Origin: Cylindrospermopsis raciborskii Cr2010
Lineage (GTDB): Bacteria; Cyanobacteriota; Cyanobacteriia; Cyanobacteriales; Nostocaceae
Assembly (NCBI RefSeq): GCF_003367075.2
Contig: NZ_CP065936.1
Span: 3,120,001 to 3,152,000 of the forward strand
Direction of reading: 5' to 3'
DNA length: 32,000 bases
In this document: in pieces, positions 16,483 through 29,380 of the stretch
Position numbering within the stretch: position 1 is the first letter of the stretch
Layout of the letters: the number at the start of each line of letters is the position of its first letter
Position numbers and translations under genes: made by a program
The notes under the pieces: model-generated
Seen by the model: only the letters and a program-made list of their open reading frames with translations
Told to the model about the DNA's origin: nothing
Database searches by the model: none

Positions 16483-17784
16483 CTAGCTATCAGCATCAAA
16501 TCTTATACGTACTGAATCCGCATGAGAAGGTAAACCCTCCGCCCTAGCCAAGGTGGTAATGGCACTGGCTACTTTGTCAAGTGCACCTCGGGAGTATTGT
16601 ATAATACTTGAGTGTTTGAGGAAGGTTTCTACACCTAAAGCGGAGGCATAACGAGCAGCACCGGATGTAGGTAGGGTATGATTGGGACCGGCTAAATAGT
16701 CACCTACCGCCTCTGGTGTAGAATCGCCCAAAAAAATCGCCCCCGCATGACGGATATGCTGAATTAGTGACCAAGGGTCTTTTACCTCCAATTCCAAATG
16801 TTCCGGGGCAAATATATTAGAAAATTCCGCCGCTGCTTCCAAAGATTCCACAATTACGACCAGTCCATAATGGGCGATCGCCTTTTCTGTGTCTATCCTT
16901 CTGGGATGATCTACTAATTGTCTATCTACCTCTAACTGAACCTTTTTGGCTAAACCAGTGTCCGTAGTCAATAAAATTGCCGCTGCCATAGGATCATGTT
17001 CCGCTTGAGCTAACATATCTGCCGCCAGATGTTTGGGATTAGCAGTTTCATCGGCAATAATTAACACCTCACTCGGCCCAGCTAAGGAGTCAATACCCAC
17101 AGTCCCATATACTAGTTTTTTGGCTAAGGTGACATAAATATTACCAGGACCTGTAATTACATCTACCTTGGGAATGGTTTCTGTACCGTATGCTAGAGCT
17201 GCGATCGCCTGGGATCCCCCAATGCGATAAATCTCGCCTATTCCAGCTTCTTGAGCAGCTACCAATACCGCCGGATTAATTACTTTATCAGGACCTGGTG
17301 GCGTGACCATGACTATCCGAGGTACACCTGCTACTTTAGCCGGTATGGCATTCATTAATACTGTACTAGGATAGCAGGCCCGACCACCGGGAATATATAG
17401 ACCCGCCCTATCTACGGGTGTATAGCGTTTACCTAGAACCACTTCATCTTCCCCAAAGTGCACCCAGGTTTTTGGTACTCTCTGACGATGAAAAGCTTCT
17501 ATTCGTTCACAGGCCAGCCTAATTGATGCCAACAAATCCTTCGATATTTGTTGGTAAGCCACGTCCATCTCAGAACCTTTTACCCTCAATTCCCCCGGTT
17601 CCAAGGTTTGGTGATCAAACTCGGCTGTGTAGTGGAGTACGGCTTTGTCGCCTTGGTTTTTTACAGACAACAAAACTTCTCGTACTGTTGCTTCTTTGTT
17701 AAACACCTGTTCGTCCTGGGTACGTTCGCAGATGCGTTGTAGTTCGGATACAACGTGTGCCTGCTGAGTGATAATTCGCAGCAT
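16483..17784 (-). CDS. hisD: histidinol dehydrogenase
   Basis: 433-aa ORF with HisD-typical blocks throughout: [33 protein letters not shown], and [25 protein letters not shown]. Confidence 0.95.
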   Translation of the reverse strand: MLRIITQQAHVVSELQRICERTQDEQVFNKEATVREVLLSVKNQGDKAVLHYTAEFDHQTLEPGELRVKGSEMDVAYQQISKDLLASIRLACERIEAFHRQRVPKTWVHFGEDEVVLGKRYTPVDRAGLYIPGGRACYPSTVLMNAIPAKVAGVPRIVMVTPPGPDKVINPAVLVAAQEAGIGEIYRIGGSQAIAALAYGTETIPKVDVITGPGNIYVTLAKKLVYGTVGIDSLAGPSEVLIIADETANPKHLAADMLAQAEHDPMAAAILLTTDTGLAKKVQLEVDRQLVDHPRRIDTEKAIAHYGLVVIVESLEAAAEFSNIFAPEHLELEVKDPWSLIQHIRHAGAIFLGDSTPEAVGDYLAGPNHTLPTSGAARYASALGVETFLKHSSIIQYSRGALDKVASAITTLARAEGLPSHADSVRIRFDADS

Positions 17785-18130
17785 GGAGTAGTAAGGACAG
17801 TGCCAAAATTAGAGTTTTTTCCCTTGTGATCATTAGTTTGGCTTTTTATTCTTTCGGATAAACAGCTACCACTAATTTTCTTCTCTAGCTTAACCTGCTT
17901 TTTTTTAATCCCACCAGTATTTTGACCTATCATTTATCGCTGTAAAAGCTTTAAAAACAGTTTGGTGATCTTATACTCCCTAACCAGTCCGTGATATACT
18001 GGAGTAGTTTGGGGAGTAGCTTGGCAGTATTAGCGGTATTAATCATGAGTTTTTTATTTCTAGACCCTATTATAACCTATTTTTTTTGCCGAACTTTCTC
18101 CATCTTTACCAACTCTTGACCGGACTTTAC

Positions 18131-18210
18131 AAAAATTTTGTTAAAAATTGTAAAATTTTTCCTAAAATTTTTCTGTGGAATTGCAGCACTTGCAAATTTC
18201 GTGCTATCCT
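18131..18210 (+). promoter_or_regulatory. candidate rpsT promoter preceded by four roughly helically phased A/T tracts
   Basis: AnTn tracts start at 18131, 18143, 18152 and 18164. They are followed by TTGCAG (18181-18186), an 18-nt spacer and TATCCT (18205-18210), about 55 nt before the GTG start of rpsT. This is a pattern match only. Confidence 0.3.
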
Positions 18211-18265
18211 AGTATTTCTAGTAGTGTGTGTACATATTAATTGATAGTTTTTTTGGGAACTGACC

Positions 18266-18559
18266 GTGGCAAACACAAAATCAGCACTTAAACGCGCCCA
18301 AATCGCGGAGCGTAACCAACTGCACAACAAAGCATACAAATCAGCAGTAAAGACGCTGATGAAGAAGTACTTTGCTGCAGTGGAGGCCTATGCTTCCAAC
18401 CCTACGAGCGAGTCTAAACAGTTGGTGGATGAGAGGATGTCACAAGCCTACAGCAAAATTGACAAAGCTGTTAAAAGGGGAGTGTTGCATCCAAACAGTG
18501 GGGCTAGAAAAAAATCTAGATTAGCACGGAAGCTCAAACCATTGACCCAACCAGTTTAG
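18266..18559 (+). CDS. rpsT: 30S ribosomal protein S20
   Basis: 97-aa basic protein with a GTG start. [29 protein letters not shown] is the canonical S20 N-terminus. Confidence 0.95.
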   Translation: MANTKSALKRAQIAERNQLHNKAYKSAVKTLMKKYFAAVEAYASNPTSESKQLVDERMSQAYSKIDKAVKRGVLHPNSGARKKSRLARKLKPLTQPV

Positions 18560-18735
18560 GAGTCAGAATAGTCACTAATTTGTAATTCGTAATTCGTAAT
18601 GGGAATAAAGCTAAGATAAGTCGTTAAATCAAAAAAACCGGTTGATTTTGGTTTAGTGACTACTTGAACCTGGTTATGGATTATGGATTAGCAAATTATG
18701 GCAAATCAGGAGTTGTTGTCACTGGTAACTGAAAA

Positions 18736-19563
18736 ATGCAATTAATAGATAGCCACGTACATCTGAACTTTGAAACTTTTAAGCCAGATTTAGAGGCAGT
18801 GAGACACCGTTGGCAAGAAGCAGGGGTAGCGCACCTAGTGCATTCCTGTGTTCATCCAGGGGAATTTGCCAGCATTTGGTCTATAGCTAAACAGTTCCCG
18901 GAGGTGAGCTTTGCCATTGGGTTACATCCTTTGGATGCTGATAGATGGGAAGAACACACAGGAGCTGAAATAAGAAATTTAGTCCACCTATCTAACCAGT
19001 CAAATGCTCCTGTTATAGCAATTGGGGAAATGGGACTAGATTTTTATAAAGCCAGCAACCGTGAGCAACAACATAAGGTATTTGAAGCCCAACTGGCGAT
19101 CGCCACGGAATTAGATTTACCGGTAATAGTCCATTGTCGGGAAGCTGCTGTAGAAGCGAGAGAGGTGCTAGAAAAATGGCGAGAAAGGGAAGGAGACAGG
19201 GTGCGGGGTGTGATGCATTGTTGGGGAGGAACACCGGAGGAAACCCAATGGTTTTTAGATCTGGGTTTTTACATTAGCTTTAGTGGTACAGTTACCTTTA
19301 AGAATGCGAAAGCTATACAATCCTCAGCAGCGATGGTAGGTAAAGATAGAATTTTGATTGAAACTGACTGTCCATTTTTGTCACCCACGCCCAAGAGAGG
19401 AGAGAAGCGTAACGAGCCAGCCTATGTAGGCTATGTAGCAGCGCAGTTAGCAGAAATCCGAGGAGAAACCGTAGAATCCATAGCTGACCAAACAACTGCC
19501 AATGCTTGTAGACTGTTTGGGATTAGACTGGAGGAAACAAAAATTCAGCCAAATCCATCCTGA
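18736..19563 (+). CDS. tatD: TatD family metal-dependent hydrolase/DNase
   Basis: 275-aa ORF with TatD motifs: [39 protein letters not shown], and ETDCPFLSP. Confidence 0.9.
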   Translation: MQLIDSHVHLNFETFKPDLEAVRHRWQEAGVAHLVHSCVHPGEFASIWSIAKQFPEVSFAIGLHPLDADRWEEHTGAEIRNLVHLSNQSNAPVIAIGEMGLDFYKASNREQQHKVFEAQLAIATELDLPVIVHCREAAVEAREVLEKWREREGDRVRGVMHCWGGTPEETQWFLDLGFYISFSGTVTFKNAKAIQSSAAMVGKDRILIETDCPFLSPTPKRGEKRNEPAYVGYVAAQLAEIRGETVESIADQTTANACRLFGIRLEETKIQPNPS

Positions 19564-19803
19564 TACCGAGAATAACCTGGCGGATCCTTGATTTTTGGTG
19601 TCTTAAGAACGAGTGTAGATGAGGTCTGGATAAATAGTATGAACAGAGAATTAATGAGCAAAATGTACGTAATGAGTAGATTACCCACCACTCGTCAACA
19701 GTTAGCAGGAGCAAGGTTTCCAAGTTTATCTAATTTTATTTTTTTATTGGGCTAAAAGCGGCGTTCTCAGAACAAGTTTAACCAGGTTGATAAAGGTAGA
19801 GGC

Positions 19804-22800
19804 ATGAACAACGAAAACTATATGGAACCATCCTTTCTATTACCAGATCTAATTGAAATTCAGCGTTCTAGCTTTCGCTGGTTTTTAGAAGAGGGTTTAA
19901 TAGAAGAGCTGAACTCATTTAGTCCTATTACGGACTATACGGGGAAATTAGAACTCCATTTTTTAGGACATAACTATAAGCTAAAAGAACCAAAATATAG
20001 CGTAGAAGAGTCAAAAAGAAGAGATAGCACATACGGTGTACAAATGTATGTGCCCACGAGATTGCTTAATAAAGAAACAGGTGATATTAAAGAACAGGAA
20101 GTATTTATAGGTGATCTACCGTTAATGACGGATAGAGGAACCTTTATTATTAACGGAGCCGAGCGAGTAATAGTCAATCAAATTGTGCGATCGCCCGGAG
20201 TATATTACAAATCAGAGATTGATAAAAACGGGAGAAGAACATATTCTGCCAGTCTAATTCCCAACCGGGGGGCATGGCTAAAATTTGAGACAGACCGTAA
20301 TGATTTAGTGTGGGTAAGAATAGATAAAACCCGCAAATTGTCAATTCAGGTACTACTTAAAGCATTAGGACTATTAGATAACGAAATTTTGGATGCTTTA
20401 AGGCATCCAGAATACTTTCAAAAAACCATTGAAAAAGAGGGACAATTCTCCGAAGAGGAGGCCCTTCTGGAGCTATACAGGAAGCTGAGACCTGGGGAAC
20501 CACCCACGGTAATGGGGGGACAACAGCTATTAGAATCACGCTTTTTCGATCCCAAACGTTACGACCTAGGTAGGGTAGGTAGATATAAACTCAACAAGAA
20601 ACTGCGCCTTTCCGTTCCTGACACCACTAGGGTTCTCACCCCAGGGGATATCCTATCTGCTGTGGACTATCTCATCAACCTAGAATATGACATTGGTAGC
20701 ATTGATGACATTGACCATTTAGGAAATCGCCGAGTTAGAAGCGTTGGTGAGCTGCTTCAGAACCAAGTAAGAGTTGGTTTGAATCGTTTAGAGAGGATCA
20801 TTAGAGAAAGAATGACCGTCTCCGATGCCGAAGTTTTAACACCAGCATCACTAGTCAACCCCAAACCCCTAGTAGCAGCCATAAAAGAGTTTTTTGGTTC
20901 TAGCCAGCTAAGTCAATTCATGGATCAAACCAACCCCTTAGCGGAACTAACCCATAAACGACGCTTGAGTGCTTTAGGTCCTGGTGGACTAACCAGAGAG
21001 AGAGCTGGTTTTGCCGTGCGAGACATTCATCCCAGCCACTACGGACGCATTTGTCCTATTGAAACGCCAGAAGGTCCAAATGCGGGGTTAATTGGTTCCC
21101 TAGCTACCCATGCTCGTGTTAACCAGTATGGATTTTTAGAAACACCTTTCAGACCCGTAGAAAACGGAAGAGTTTGCTACGAAAAACCTGCTGTTTACAT
21201 GACAGCAGATGAGGAAGACGACCTGCGAGTTGCACCTGGTGACATTCCGGTGGATGACAACGGACAAATACTAGGAATCCAAGTACCCGTTCGTTATCGC
21301 CAGGAATTTTCCACCACTACTCCCGAACAGGTAGACTACGTAGCTGTGTCACCAGTACAAATCGTCTCAGTAGCCACCAGCATGATTCCCTTTTTGGAGC
21401 ATGATGATGCCAACCGAGCCTTAATGGGTTCTAACATGCAAAGGCAAGCAGTACCCTTATTGAAACCCGAGCGTCCCCTAGTGGGAACTGGACTGGAGGC
21501 CCAAGGTGCCAGAGACTCAGGTATGGTAATTGTTTCTCGTACTGATGGAGATGTGGTATATGTAGATGCGACCGAGATTCGTGTTCGGGTCAAAGAAAAG
21601 GCCGCTCTTACCAACCGTGAAAGCGAAAGTATTCCCCATAAACCCCAAGAAATTAAATACGTTCTCTCCAAATATCAACGTTCTAACCAGGACACCTGTC
21701 TCAATCAAAAACCCCTAGTGCGGATTGGGGAAAAAGTCATAGCAGGTCAGGTATTAGCAGATGGTTCATCCACAGAAGGGGGAGAATTAGCATTAGGGCA
21801 AAATGTTATTGTTGCCTATATGCCTTGGGAAGGGTATAACTACGAAGACGCAATTTTAATTTCTGAAAGACTGGTTCAAGAAGACGTTTACACCTCAATA
21901 CACATTGAAAAATTTGAAATAGAAGCAAGACAAACCAAACTAGGTCCTGAAGAGATTACCAGAGAAATACCCAACGTTGGGGAAGACGCCCTTAGACAAT
22001 TAGACGAACAGGGGATAATCAGAGTAGGGGCGTGGGTAGAATCAGGAGACATTCTAGTGGGGAAAGTGACCCCTAAAGGAGAATCAGACCAACCACCAGA
22101 AGAAAAACTACTCAGGGCGATTTTCGGAGAGAAAGCTCGCGACGTGAGGGATAACTCCCTGCGGGTTCCCAATGGGGAAAAAGGAAGAATAGTGGATGTG
22201 CGACTATTCACTAGAGAGCAGGGAGATGAACTTCCACCGGGAGCCAATATGGTAGTGCGGGTGTATGTAGCCCAGAAACGTAAAATCCAGGTTGGTGACA
22301 AAATGGCTGGGAGACATGGAAATAAAGGCATCATTTCCCGAATTTTGCCCCTAGAAGACATGCCATACCTTCCTGATGGCACCCCAGTAGATATAGTCCT
22401 TAACCCCCTAGGTGTACCTAGTCGAATGAACGTAGGACAGGTGTTTGAATGCTTATTGGGTTGGGCGGGTCACAACCTGGGAGTACGCTTTAAAATTACC
22501 CCCTTTGATGAAATGTACGGGGAAGAATCTTCCCGACGTATAGTTCACGGCAAATTATGGGAAGCTAGGGAAGAAACCAGTAAGGATTGGGTATATAATC
22601 CCGAAAACCCCGGCAAAATCATGGTTTATGATGGACGCACGGGCGAACCCTTTGATCGTGCAGTCACAGTGGGGATAGCCTATATGCTCAAACTTGTCCA
22701 TTTAGTTGATGATAAAATTCACGCTCGCTCCACAGGTCCTTATTCCTTAGTCACCCAGCAACCCTTGGGTGGTAAAGCACAACAAGGAGGTCAAAGATTT

Positions 22801-23145
22801 GGAGAGATGGAAGTGTGGGCACTAGAGGCATTTGGTGCTGCTTACACATTACAGGAACTGCTAACTGTGAAATCAGATGATATGCAGGGACGTAATGAAG
22901 CATTGAATGCCATTGTTAAAGGAAAAGCTATTCCTCGTCCTGGCACTCCTGAGTCCTTCAAAGTGTTAATGAGAGAATTACAATCTTTAGGATTGGATAT
23001 TGCGGTACATAAAGTAGAAACCCAAACTGATGGTAGTTCCCTAGATGTAGAAGTGGACTTGATGGCCGATCAAGTATCTCGTCGCACTCCTCCCCGTCCA
23101 ACATACGAATCCTTTTCCCGTGATTCCCTGGATGAGGACGAGTAA
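19804..23145 (+). CDS. rpoB: DNA-directed RNA polymerase subunit beta
   Basis: 1113-aa [24 protein letters not shown] is at the N-terminus. [19 protein letters not shown] and [24 protein letters not shown] are present. Confidence 0.98.
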   Translation: MNNENYMEPSFLLPDLIEIQRSSFRWFLEEGLIEELNSFSPITDYTGKLELHFLGHNYKLKEPKYSVEESKRRDSTYGVQMYVPTRLLNKETGDIKEQEVFIGDLPLMTDRGTFIINGAERVIVNQIVRSPGVYYKSEIDKNGRRTYSASLIPNRGAWLKFETDRNDLVWVRIDKTRKLSIQVLLKALGLLDNEILDALRHPEYFQKTIEKEGQFSEEEALLELYRKLRPGEPPTVMGGQQLLESRFFDPKRYDLGRVGRYKLNKKLRLSVPDTTRVLTPGDILSAVDYLINLEYDIGSIDDIDHLGNRRVRSVGELLQNQVRVGLNRLERIIRERMTVSDAEVLTPASLVNPKPLVAAIKEFFGSSQLSQFMDQTNPLAELTHKRRLSALGPGGLTRERAGFAVRDIHPSHYGRICPIETPEGPNAGLIGSLATHARVNQYGFLETPFRPVENGRVCYEKPAVYMTADEEDDLRVAPGDIPVDDNGQILGIQVPVRYRQEFSTTTPEQVDYVAVSPVQIVSVATSMIPFLEHDDANRALMGSNMQRQAVPLLKPERPLVGTGLEAQGARDSGMVIVSRTDGDVVYVDATEIRVRVKEKAALTNRESESIPHKPQEIKYVLSKYQRSNQDTCLNQKPLVRIGEKVIAGQVLADGSSTEGGELALGQNVIVAYMPWEGYNYEDAILISERLVQEDVYTSIHIEKFEIEARQTKLGPEEITREIPNVGEDALRQLDEQGIIRVGAWVESGDILVGKVTPKGESDQPPEEKLLRAIFGEKARDVRDNSLRVPNGEKGRIVDVRLFTREQGDELPPGANMVVRVYVAQKRKIQVGDKMAGRHGNKGIISRILPLEDMPYLPDGTPVDIVLNPLGVPSRMNVGQVFECLLGWAGHNLGVRFKITPFDEMYGEESSRRIVHGKLWEAREETSKDWVYNPENPGKIMVYDGRTGEPFDRAVTVGIAYMLKLVHLVDDKIHARSTGPYSLVTQQPLGGKAQQGGQRFGEMEVWALEAFGAAYTLQELLTVKSDDMQGRNEALNAIVKGKAIPRPGTPESFKVLMRELQSLGLDIAVHKVETQTDGSSLDVEVDLMADQVSRRTPPRPTYESFSRDSLDEDE

Positions 23146-23260
23146 TTAATCAGTAATTACACTAGTTAACAGATGGGGAAAGGGGACTAACTTGACCTGG
23201 CAAATATAAATCTCATAAATCACAAACGTTAGAACAATCTAGAACTAAATTTACTTAACT

Positions 23261-25138
23261 ATGCGCTCCGTTCAATCTAATCAATTTGATTACGTTAAAA
23301 TTGGCATTGCTTCACCAGAACGTATCCGCGCTTGGGGGGAACGTACCTTACCTAATGGTCAGGTGGTTGGCGAGGTGACAAAACCTGAAACCATTAACTA
23401 CCGCACCCTCAAGCCAGAAATGGATGGTTTATTTTGTGAGCGGATCTTTGGCCCTGCTAAGGATTGGGAATGTCACTGTGGTAAATATAAACGGGTTCGT
23501 CATAGAGGTATTGTCTGTGAGCGCTGTGGAGTGGAGGTAACAGAATCACGAGTTCGCCGCCATAGAATGGGCTTCATTAAGTTAGCAGCACCTGTAGCCC
23601 ATGTTTGGTATCTCAAAGGCATTCCTAGTTATATTGCCATACTACTAGACATGCCCCTACGAGATGTTGAGCAAATCGTCTACTTTAACTCCTATGTAGT
23701 TTTAGATCCTGGTAATGCTGACACACTCGTTTATAAACAACTGTTAACAGAAGACCAATGGTTAGAAATTGAGGATAGGATTTATAGTGAAGATTCTCAA
23801 TTAGTAGGGGTAGAAGTAGGAATTGGTGCAGAAGCTTTACTACGTTTATTATCAGGTATTAATTTAGAAGAAGAAGCAGAAAAACTGCGGGGGGAAATTG
23901 AAGCAGCAAAGGGACAAAAACGGGCTAAATTGATTAAACGTCTGCGGGTAATTGACAATTTCATTGCCACTGGTTCCCAACCGGAATGGATGGTGATGTC
24001 AGCCATTCCAGTCATTCCACCCGATCTCCGTCCCATGGTACAACTAGACGGTGGTAGATTTGCTACCAGCGATTTAAACGACCTCTACCGTCGGGTGATC
24101 AATCGCAATAATCGTTTAGCTAGACTACAGGAAATCCTGGCCCCGGAAATCATTGTCCGCAATGAAAAACGCATGTTACAGGAAGCGGTAGATGCTTTAA
24201 TTGACAATGGTCGGAGAGGACGCACCGTAGTAGGAGCCAATAACCGTCCATTAAAATCCCTATCAGATATCATAGAAGGTAAACAGGGGCGATTTCGGCA
24301 AAACCTCCTGGGTAAAAGAGTAGACTACTCAGGACGTTCGGTTATTGTAGTTGGTCCCAAATTGCAAATTCACCAGTGTGGACTCCCCAGGGAAATGGCC
24401 ATAGAATTGTTTCAGCCATTTGTGATTAATCGTTTAATTCGATCGGGAATAGTTAACAATATTAAAGCAGCCAAAAAACTCATTTCTCGTAACGACCCTA
24501 CTGTTTGGGATGTTTTGGAAGAAGTCATAGAAGGACATCCGGTTATGCTAAACCGTGCCCCTACGCTGCATAGACTGGGAATTCAGGCCTTTGAACCCAT
24601 ATTAGTAGAAGGAAGAGCAATACAGTTACATCCTCTTGTTTGTCCGGCATTCAATGCTGACTTTGATGGAGATCAGATGGCTGTTCACGTTCCCTTATCC
24701 TTAGAAAGCCAAGCGGAAGCAAGACTGTTAATGTTAGCATCCAACAACATTCTTTCACCTGCTACGGGTAGACCCATCGTCACACCCAGCCAAGACATGG
24801 TTTTGGGAGCCTATTACCTCACTGCTGAAAACCCCAATGCTACCAAGGGAGCAGGCAAATACTTTGCCTCCCTAGATGATGTAATCATGGCATATCAACA
24901 AGATCAAGTGGAACTACATGCCTATATTTATGTTCGATTCGATGGCGATGTGCAAACAGGACAACCGGATAACGAACCCTTGGAAGTTACAGAAAACGAA
25001 GATGGTAGCCGTACTCTCTTGTATAAATTTCGTCGAGTACGAGAAGATGCCCAAGGGAATTTAATTTCCCAATATGTTTATACAACTCCTGGCAGAGTGA
25101 TTTATAACAAAGCAATTCAAGATGCTTTAGCCAGCTAA
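23261..25138 (+). CDS. rpoC1: DNA-directed RNA polymerase subunit gamma (N-terminal half of beta-prime)
   Basis: 625-aa ORF with zinc-binding cysteines (CHCGKYK...CERCGVEV) and the catalytic [14 protein letters not shown] motif. Confidence 0.98.
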   Translation: MRSVQSNQFDYVKIGIASPERIRAWGERTLPNGQVVGEVTKPETINYRTLKPEMDGLFCERIFGPAKDWECHCGKYKRVRHRGIVCERCGVEVTESRVRRHRMGFIKLAAPVAHVWYLKGIPSYIAILLDMPLRDVEQIVYFNSYVVLDPGNADTLVYKQLLTEDQWLEIEDRIYSEDSQLVGVEVGIGAEALLRLLSGINLEEEAEKLRGEIEAAKGQKRAKLIKRLRVIDNFIATGSQPEWMVMSAIPVIPPDLRPMVQLDGGRFATSDLNDLYRRVINRNNRLARLQEILAPEIIVRNEKRMLQEAVDALIDNGRRGRTVVGANNRPLKSLSDIIEGKQGRFRQNLLGKRVDYSGRSVIVVGPKLQIHQCGLPREMAIELFQPFVINRLIRSGIVNNIKAAKKLISRNDPTVWDVLEEVIEGHPVMLNRAPTLHRLGIQAFEPILVEGRAIQLHPLVCPAFNADFDGDQMAVHVPLSLESQAEARLLMLASNNILSPATGRPIVTPSQDMVLGAYYLTAENPNATKGAGKYFASLDDVIMAYQQDQVELHAYIYVRFDGDVQTGQPDNEPLEVTENEDGSRTLLYKFRRVREDAQGNLISQYVYTTPGRVIYNKAIQDALAS

Positions 25139-25180
25139 TTATCCATCCAGTTTGTCCTATTCTCCATTTCTTAACCCACC

Positions 25181-28100
25181 ATGACAGAAAAAATGATTTT
25201 CCGTAACCTTGTTGTCAACAAAGGTCAATTAAGAAACTTAATTTCCTGGGCATTTACTCACTATGGTACCGCCCGGACAGCTGTGATGGCCGATAAACTA
25301 AAAGACCTAGGATTCCGGTTTGCGACCAAAGCCGGTGTGTCCATTAGTGTAGACGATTTAATGGTTCCTCCCTCTAAGAAGTCCCTTTTACAGGCAGCTG
25401 AGGCGGAAATCTTGAGTACAGAGGCGAAATTTAAGCGTGGTGAAATTACGGAGGTAGAGCGTTTCCAAAAAGTAATTGATACATGGAATAGTACCTCTGA
25501 AAATCTCAAAGACGAAGTAGTTAATCACTTTAAAACTACAAATCCTCTTAATTCAGTTTATATGATGGCCTTTTCCGGAGCCAGAGGAAACATATCCCAA
25601 GTGCGACAACTAGTGGGAATGCGCGGACTAATGGCAGATCCCCAGGGAGAAATTATTGACTTGCCAATTAAGACCAATTTTCGGGAAGGACTAACAGTTA
25701 CCGAGTACATTATCTCCAGTTATGGTGCGAGAAAGGGATTAGTAGACACAGCACTACGAACCGCTGACTCAGGTTATTTAACCCGACGGTTAGTGGATGT
25801 TTCCCAAGACGTGATTATTAGGGAGGTAGACTGTGGAACCCTAAGAGGTGTACCCGTACGGGACATGACAGAAGGGGCAAAAGTATTAATTCCCTTAGGG
25901 ACAAGACTAGTAGGGAGGGTTGTAGCTAAAGATGTTATTAATCCTACAACTGGGGAGATTCTGGCAGCCCGAAATACACCAATTTCTGATGAACTAGCAG
26001 CGGAAATTCACAAAGCGGGAGTAAAAGAAGTATTAGTAAGATCACCATTAACCTGTGAAGCTGCCCGTTCCGTATGTCAACATTGTTACGGGTGGAGCCT
26101 AGCCTACGCGAAAATGGTGGATTTGGGCGAAGCAGTGGGAATTATTGCAGCTCAAAGTATTGGGGAACCCGGAACTCAATTAACCATGCGGACCTTCCAC
26201 ACTGGTGGGGTATTTACAGGAGAAGTTGCCCAACAGGTGAGAGCCAAAATCCCAGGAACAATCAAATTTTCCCGCAGCTTAAAGACCCGCCCCTATCGGA
26301 CTCGTCATGGAGAAGATGCTTTATATGCTGAAACCAACGGCAATTTGATCCTAGAAAGTACCACCCAGGAGCATCAAGAAATTTCTGTGACCCAGGGTTC
26401 CACACTGTATATTGTCCCGGGTCAAAAGGTAGAGGTGTCCGAATTGCTGGCCGAAGTAGCTCTAGGGGGTAAAACAACTAAAGCTAATACAGAAAAAGCA
26501 GTAAAAGATGTAGCTTCTGACTTAGCGGGTGAAGTAGTGTTTTCTGATGTTTTAGCGGAACAAAAAACTGACCGTCAGGGAAACACCACCACAACAGCAA
26601 CAAGAGGTGGTTTGATTTGGATTTTGTCGGGAGAAGTTTATAATTTACTCCCCGGTGCAGAATTGGTGGTCAAAAATGGAGATAAAATTACTGCCAATGG
26701 GGTGTTGGGGGAGACTAGACTCAATACCGTACACGGAGGAGTGGTCCGCCTACCTGAACCCATTCCTGGTCGTCCCACCAGAGAAATTGAAATCATTACA
26801 GCTTCCGTAATTTTAGACCAAGCAACAGTCACAGTTCATAGTTCCCAAGGTAAAAATAATTATTTGATTCATACTGGCCCAAGACACCAGGAGGAAATCT
26901 CCAAAGAGAGTGAGGGATCTTTCCAATCCCAAACATTTAATCTCAGGGCCACACCCGGAACCAAAGTACAAAATGGTCAAGTTGTAGCTGAATTGATTGA
27001 CGATAGGTATCGCACTACCACGGGAGGAATGTTGAAATTTGCCGGAATTGAAGTCCAGAAAAAAGGCAAAGCTAAACTCGGTTATGAGGTAGTAAGTGGA
27101 GGAACCTTGTTGTGGATACCTGAAGAAACCCACGAGGTTAATAAGGATATTTCTCTACTGTTAGTAGAAGATGGACAATTTGTGGAAGCAAGCACAGAAG
27201 TAGTTAAAGATATATTCTGTCAAACCAGTGGAGTGGTGGAAATTACACAGAAAAACGACATTCTGCGGGAAATAGTCATTAAACCCGGCGAACTTTTGAT
27301 GGTAGATGATCCAGAAGCAGTGCTGGGGAGAGATAATACCTTTGTTCACCCCGGAGAGGAGTTACTAGGAACTACTGTAACGGAAATGCGTTACATTCAA
27401 TATGTGGAGTCTCCCGAAGGACCAGCTCTTTTGAGTCGTCCCGTGGTGGAGTTTGAGGTCTCATCCCACCCCGATTTGCCTTCCACTACTTCCGTTAGTC
27501 AACAAACTGGAAGATCTATACAATTAAGAGCAGTACAGAGGTTGCCATACAAAGATGGGGAGCGAGTAAAAGCTATAGATGGAGTTGAATTACTCAGAAC
27601 CCAACTAGTATTAGAGATTGAACAGGAGGGAGAGCAAGACCATGCTTCTCCTTTAGCAGCAGATATTGAATTAGTCCCTGATAGTGAAAACTCTGAAATT
27701 CAACGCCTGCAGTTAGTGATTTTAGAGTCTCTGGCACTCAGGCGAGATATGGCAGCTGATGCCACCCAAGGTAGCACTCATACTACCTTAGAGGTGGAAG
27801 ATGGTATTACCATTCCACCTGGATCCGTAGTAGCAAGAACTCAGATCCTGTCTAAGGAGGGAGGAATCATACGAGGGGTACGACCGGGCGCAGAAACGGT
27901 TCGACGCTGTCTTATCCTCAGAGATACCGATATGATTATCGTTAAGACTAATCTTCCACCCACTGTGAAAAAGGGAGATCTATTGGTACAAGGCACAGAA
28001 ATTGCTCCAGGAGTAACAGCTCCTGTTTCTGGACAGCTGGTGGATATTAGTCATCAATTACCCCCCAACAACAATCAACAAGAACAACTTGTAGAAGCAG

Positions 28101-29317
28101 CATACTCCTTGAAAATTCGCATGGGTCGTCCCTATCGGGTTAGTCCAGGAGCAGTCTTACAAATAGAAGACGGCGGATTGGTACAAAGGGGAGATAATTT
28201 AGTTCTATTGGTGTTTGAACGCGCAAAAACAGGAGATATTATCCAAGGGTTGCCAAGAATTGAAGAATTATTGGAAGCTCGTAAACCCAAAGAAGCATGT
28301 ATTTTATCCCGTCGTTCTGGGGAAGTAAAAGTAGTTTATGGGGAAGGGGATGAAAACCTAGTCAGTCGGGAAGCATATTCAGTCAAAGTTGTAGAATCTG
28401 ATGGTGTGGTCATAGATTATCCTTTAGGACCAGGACAGAATTTAATCGTTCCCGATGGTGCGATGGTGGAAGCTGGTCAACCATTAACTGATGGACCTTC
28501 TAACCCCCATGAAATTTTAGAAATCTTCTTCAGTTTAGGATCTGAGGATGGACTTTACGCTTGTGCTAGTCATGCTCTACAAAAAGTGCAAAGCTTTTTA
28601 GTGAATGAAGTACAAATGGTATACCAGTCTCAGGGAATTGACATCGCAGACAAACACATTGAAGTCATAGTCCGACAAATGACTAACAAAGTGCGCATTG
28701 ATGATGGTGGTGACACCATTATGTTACCTGGAGAACTAGTTGAATTAAAACAGGTAGAGCAGGTAAATGAGGCCATGTCAATTACCGGGGGCGCTAGATC
28801 CCAGTACACACCGGTATTATTGGGTATAACTAAAGCATCATTGAATACAGATAGTTTTATTTCTGCAGCCTCCTTCCAAGAAACTACAAGGGTGTTGACA
28901 GAAGCAGCAATTGAGGGTAAATCTGACTGGTTAAGAGGACTAAAAGAGAACGTTATCATAGGAAGATTGATTCCCGCTGGTACTGGTTATAATACTTATG
29001 AAGAGGTAGGAGCAATTGAGGACTATGGTACAGATGTGGCTACGAGTGTATTAGATGAGGTGGATGATCCATTAGATATGGTTTTAGATGACCGAACCGC
29101 TAAGCTGTATAGTTTAGATAACTCTGGACTGGATGGGACTTATGATGATAGCTACGATCATGATAATACCTATGGTAGTAACCATAGTACGGCTTTAGAG
29201 GATGAAGATGAGGATCTAATTACTGATGAAGTAATTACGGGTGTAGATGAAGATGAAGACGAGGATGATTATGAAGACGAGGATGAAGATGATTTTGATA
29301 TAGATGTAGATCTGTAA
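25181..29317 (+). CDS. rpoC2: DNA-directed RNA polymerase subunit beta-prime (C-terminal half, with the large cyanobacterial trigger-loop insertion)
   Basis: 1378-aa ORF. Bridge-helix and trigger-loop blocks ([39 protein letters not shown] ... [21 protein letters not shown]) are separated by ~670 aa of insertion. The C-terminal tail is acidic. Confidence 0.98.
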   Translation: MTEKMIFRNLVVNKGQLRNLISWAFTHYGTARTAVMADKLKDLGFRFATKAGVSISVDDLMVPPSKKSLLQAAEAEILSTEAKFKRGEITEVERFQKVIDTWNSTSENLKDEVVNHFKTTNPLNSVYMMAFSGARGNISQVRQLVGMRGLMADPQGEIIDLPIKTNFREGLTVTEYIISSYGARKGLVDTALRTADSGYLTRRLVDVSQDVIIREVDCGTLRGVPVRDMTEGAKVLIPLGTRLVGRVVAKDVINPTTGEILAARNTPISDELAAEIHKAGVKEVLVRSPLTCEAARSVCQHCYGWSLAYAKMVDLGEAVGIIAAQSIGEPGTQLTMRTFHTGGVFTGEVAQQVRAKIPGTIKFSRSLKTRPYRTRHGEDALYAETNGNLILESTTQEHQEISVTQGSTLYIVPGQKVEVSELLAEVALGGKTTKANTEKAVKDVASDLAGEVVFSDVLAEQKTDRQGNTTTTATRGGLIWILSGEVYNLLPGAELVVKNGDKITANGVLGETRLNTVHGGVVRLPEPIPGRPTREIEIITASVILDQATVTVHSSQGKNNYLIHTGPRHQEEISKESEGSFQSQTFNLRATPGTKVQNGQVVAELIDDRYRTTTGGMLKFAGIEVQKKGKAKLGYEVVSGGTLLWIPEETHEVNKDISLLLVEDGQFVEASTEVVKDIFCQTSGVVEITQKNDILREIVIKPGELLMVDDPEAVLGRDNTFVHPGEELLGTTVTEMRYIQYVESPEGPALLSRPVVEFEVSSHPDLPSTTSVSQQTGRSIQLRAVQRLPYKDGERVKAIDGVELLRTQLVLEIEQEGEQDHASPLAADIELVPDSENSEIQRLQLVILESLALRRDMAADATQGSTHTTLEVEDGITIPPGSVVARTQILSKEGGIIRGVRPGAETVRRCLILRDTDMIIVKTNLPPTVKKGDLLVQGTEIAPGVTAPVSGQLVDISHQLPPNNNQQEQLVEAAYSLKIRMGRPYRVSPGAVLQIEDGGLVQRGDNLVLLVFERAKTGDIIQGLPRIEELLEARKPKEACILSRRSGEVKVVYGEGDENLVSREAYSVKVVESDGVVIDYPLGPGQNLIVPDGAMVEAGQPLTDGPSNPHEILEIFFSLGSEDGLYACASHALQKVQSFLVNEVQMVYQSQGIDIADKHIEVIVRQMTNKVRIDDGGDTIMLPGELVELKQVEQVNEAMSITGGARSQYTPVLLGITKASLNTDSFISAASFQETTRVLTEAAIEGKSDWLRGLKENVIIGRLIPAGTGYNTYEEVGAIEDYGTDVATSVLDEVDDPLDMVLDDRTAKLYSLDNSGLDGTYDDSYDHDNTYGSNHSTALEDEDEDLITDEVITGVDEDEDEDDYEDEDEDDFDIDVDL

Positions 29318-29338
29318 TCATTGATGTTTAACCATTTG

Positions 29339-29364
29339 GGGGAATCATTTCCCCTTTTGTTTTT
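29339..29364 (+). terminator. rho-independent terminator of the rpoB-rpoC1-rpoC2 operon
   Basis: GGGGAA (29339-29344), loop TCAT, TTCCCC (29349-29354), followed directly by TTTTGTTTTT. It starts 22 nt after the rpoC2 stop. Confidence 0.7.
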
Positions 29365-29380
29365 CCATCCCTAGAGTAAT

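Noticed and set aside
17661-17933. 90-aa minus-strand ORF spanning the hisD start and upstream spacer, and a 70-aa ORF at 18127-18339 overlapping the rpsT start.
   Set aside because: Low-complexity, Lys/Cys-rich translations that overlap confirmed genes out of frame, with no motifs.
18582-18600. Heptamer tandem GTAATTC x 2.7 downstream of rpsT, and TTATGGA x 2 near 18673-18686, which resemble STRR-type repeats.
   Set aside because: Fewer than three full copies each, and they do not match the STRR consensus sequences I know. Too short to call a repeat family.
18676-18732. 18-codon upstream ORF (MDYGLANYGKSGVVVTGN) ending 3 nt before the tatD start, a possible leader peptide or case of translational coupling.
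   Set aside because: No convincing ribosome-binding site, no distinctive composition, and a short ORF of this length is expected by chance in AT-rich spacer. It only confirms that 18736 is the first in-frame ATG of tatD.
25139-25180. The break between rpoC1 and rpoC2 might look like a split or pseudogenised rpoC.
   Set aside because: The split of beta-prime into gamma (rpoC1) and beta-prime (rpoC2) is the normal state in cyanobacteria and plastids. Both halves are intact with proper start and stop codons.
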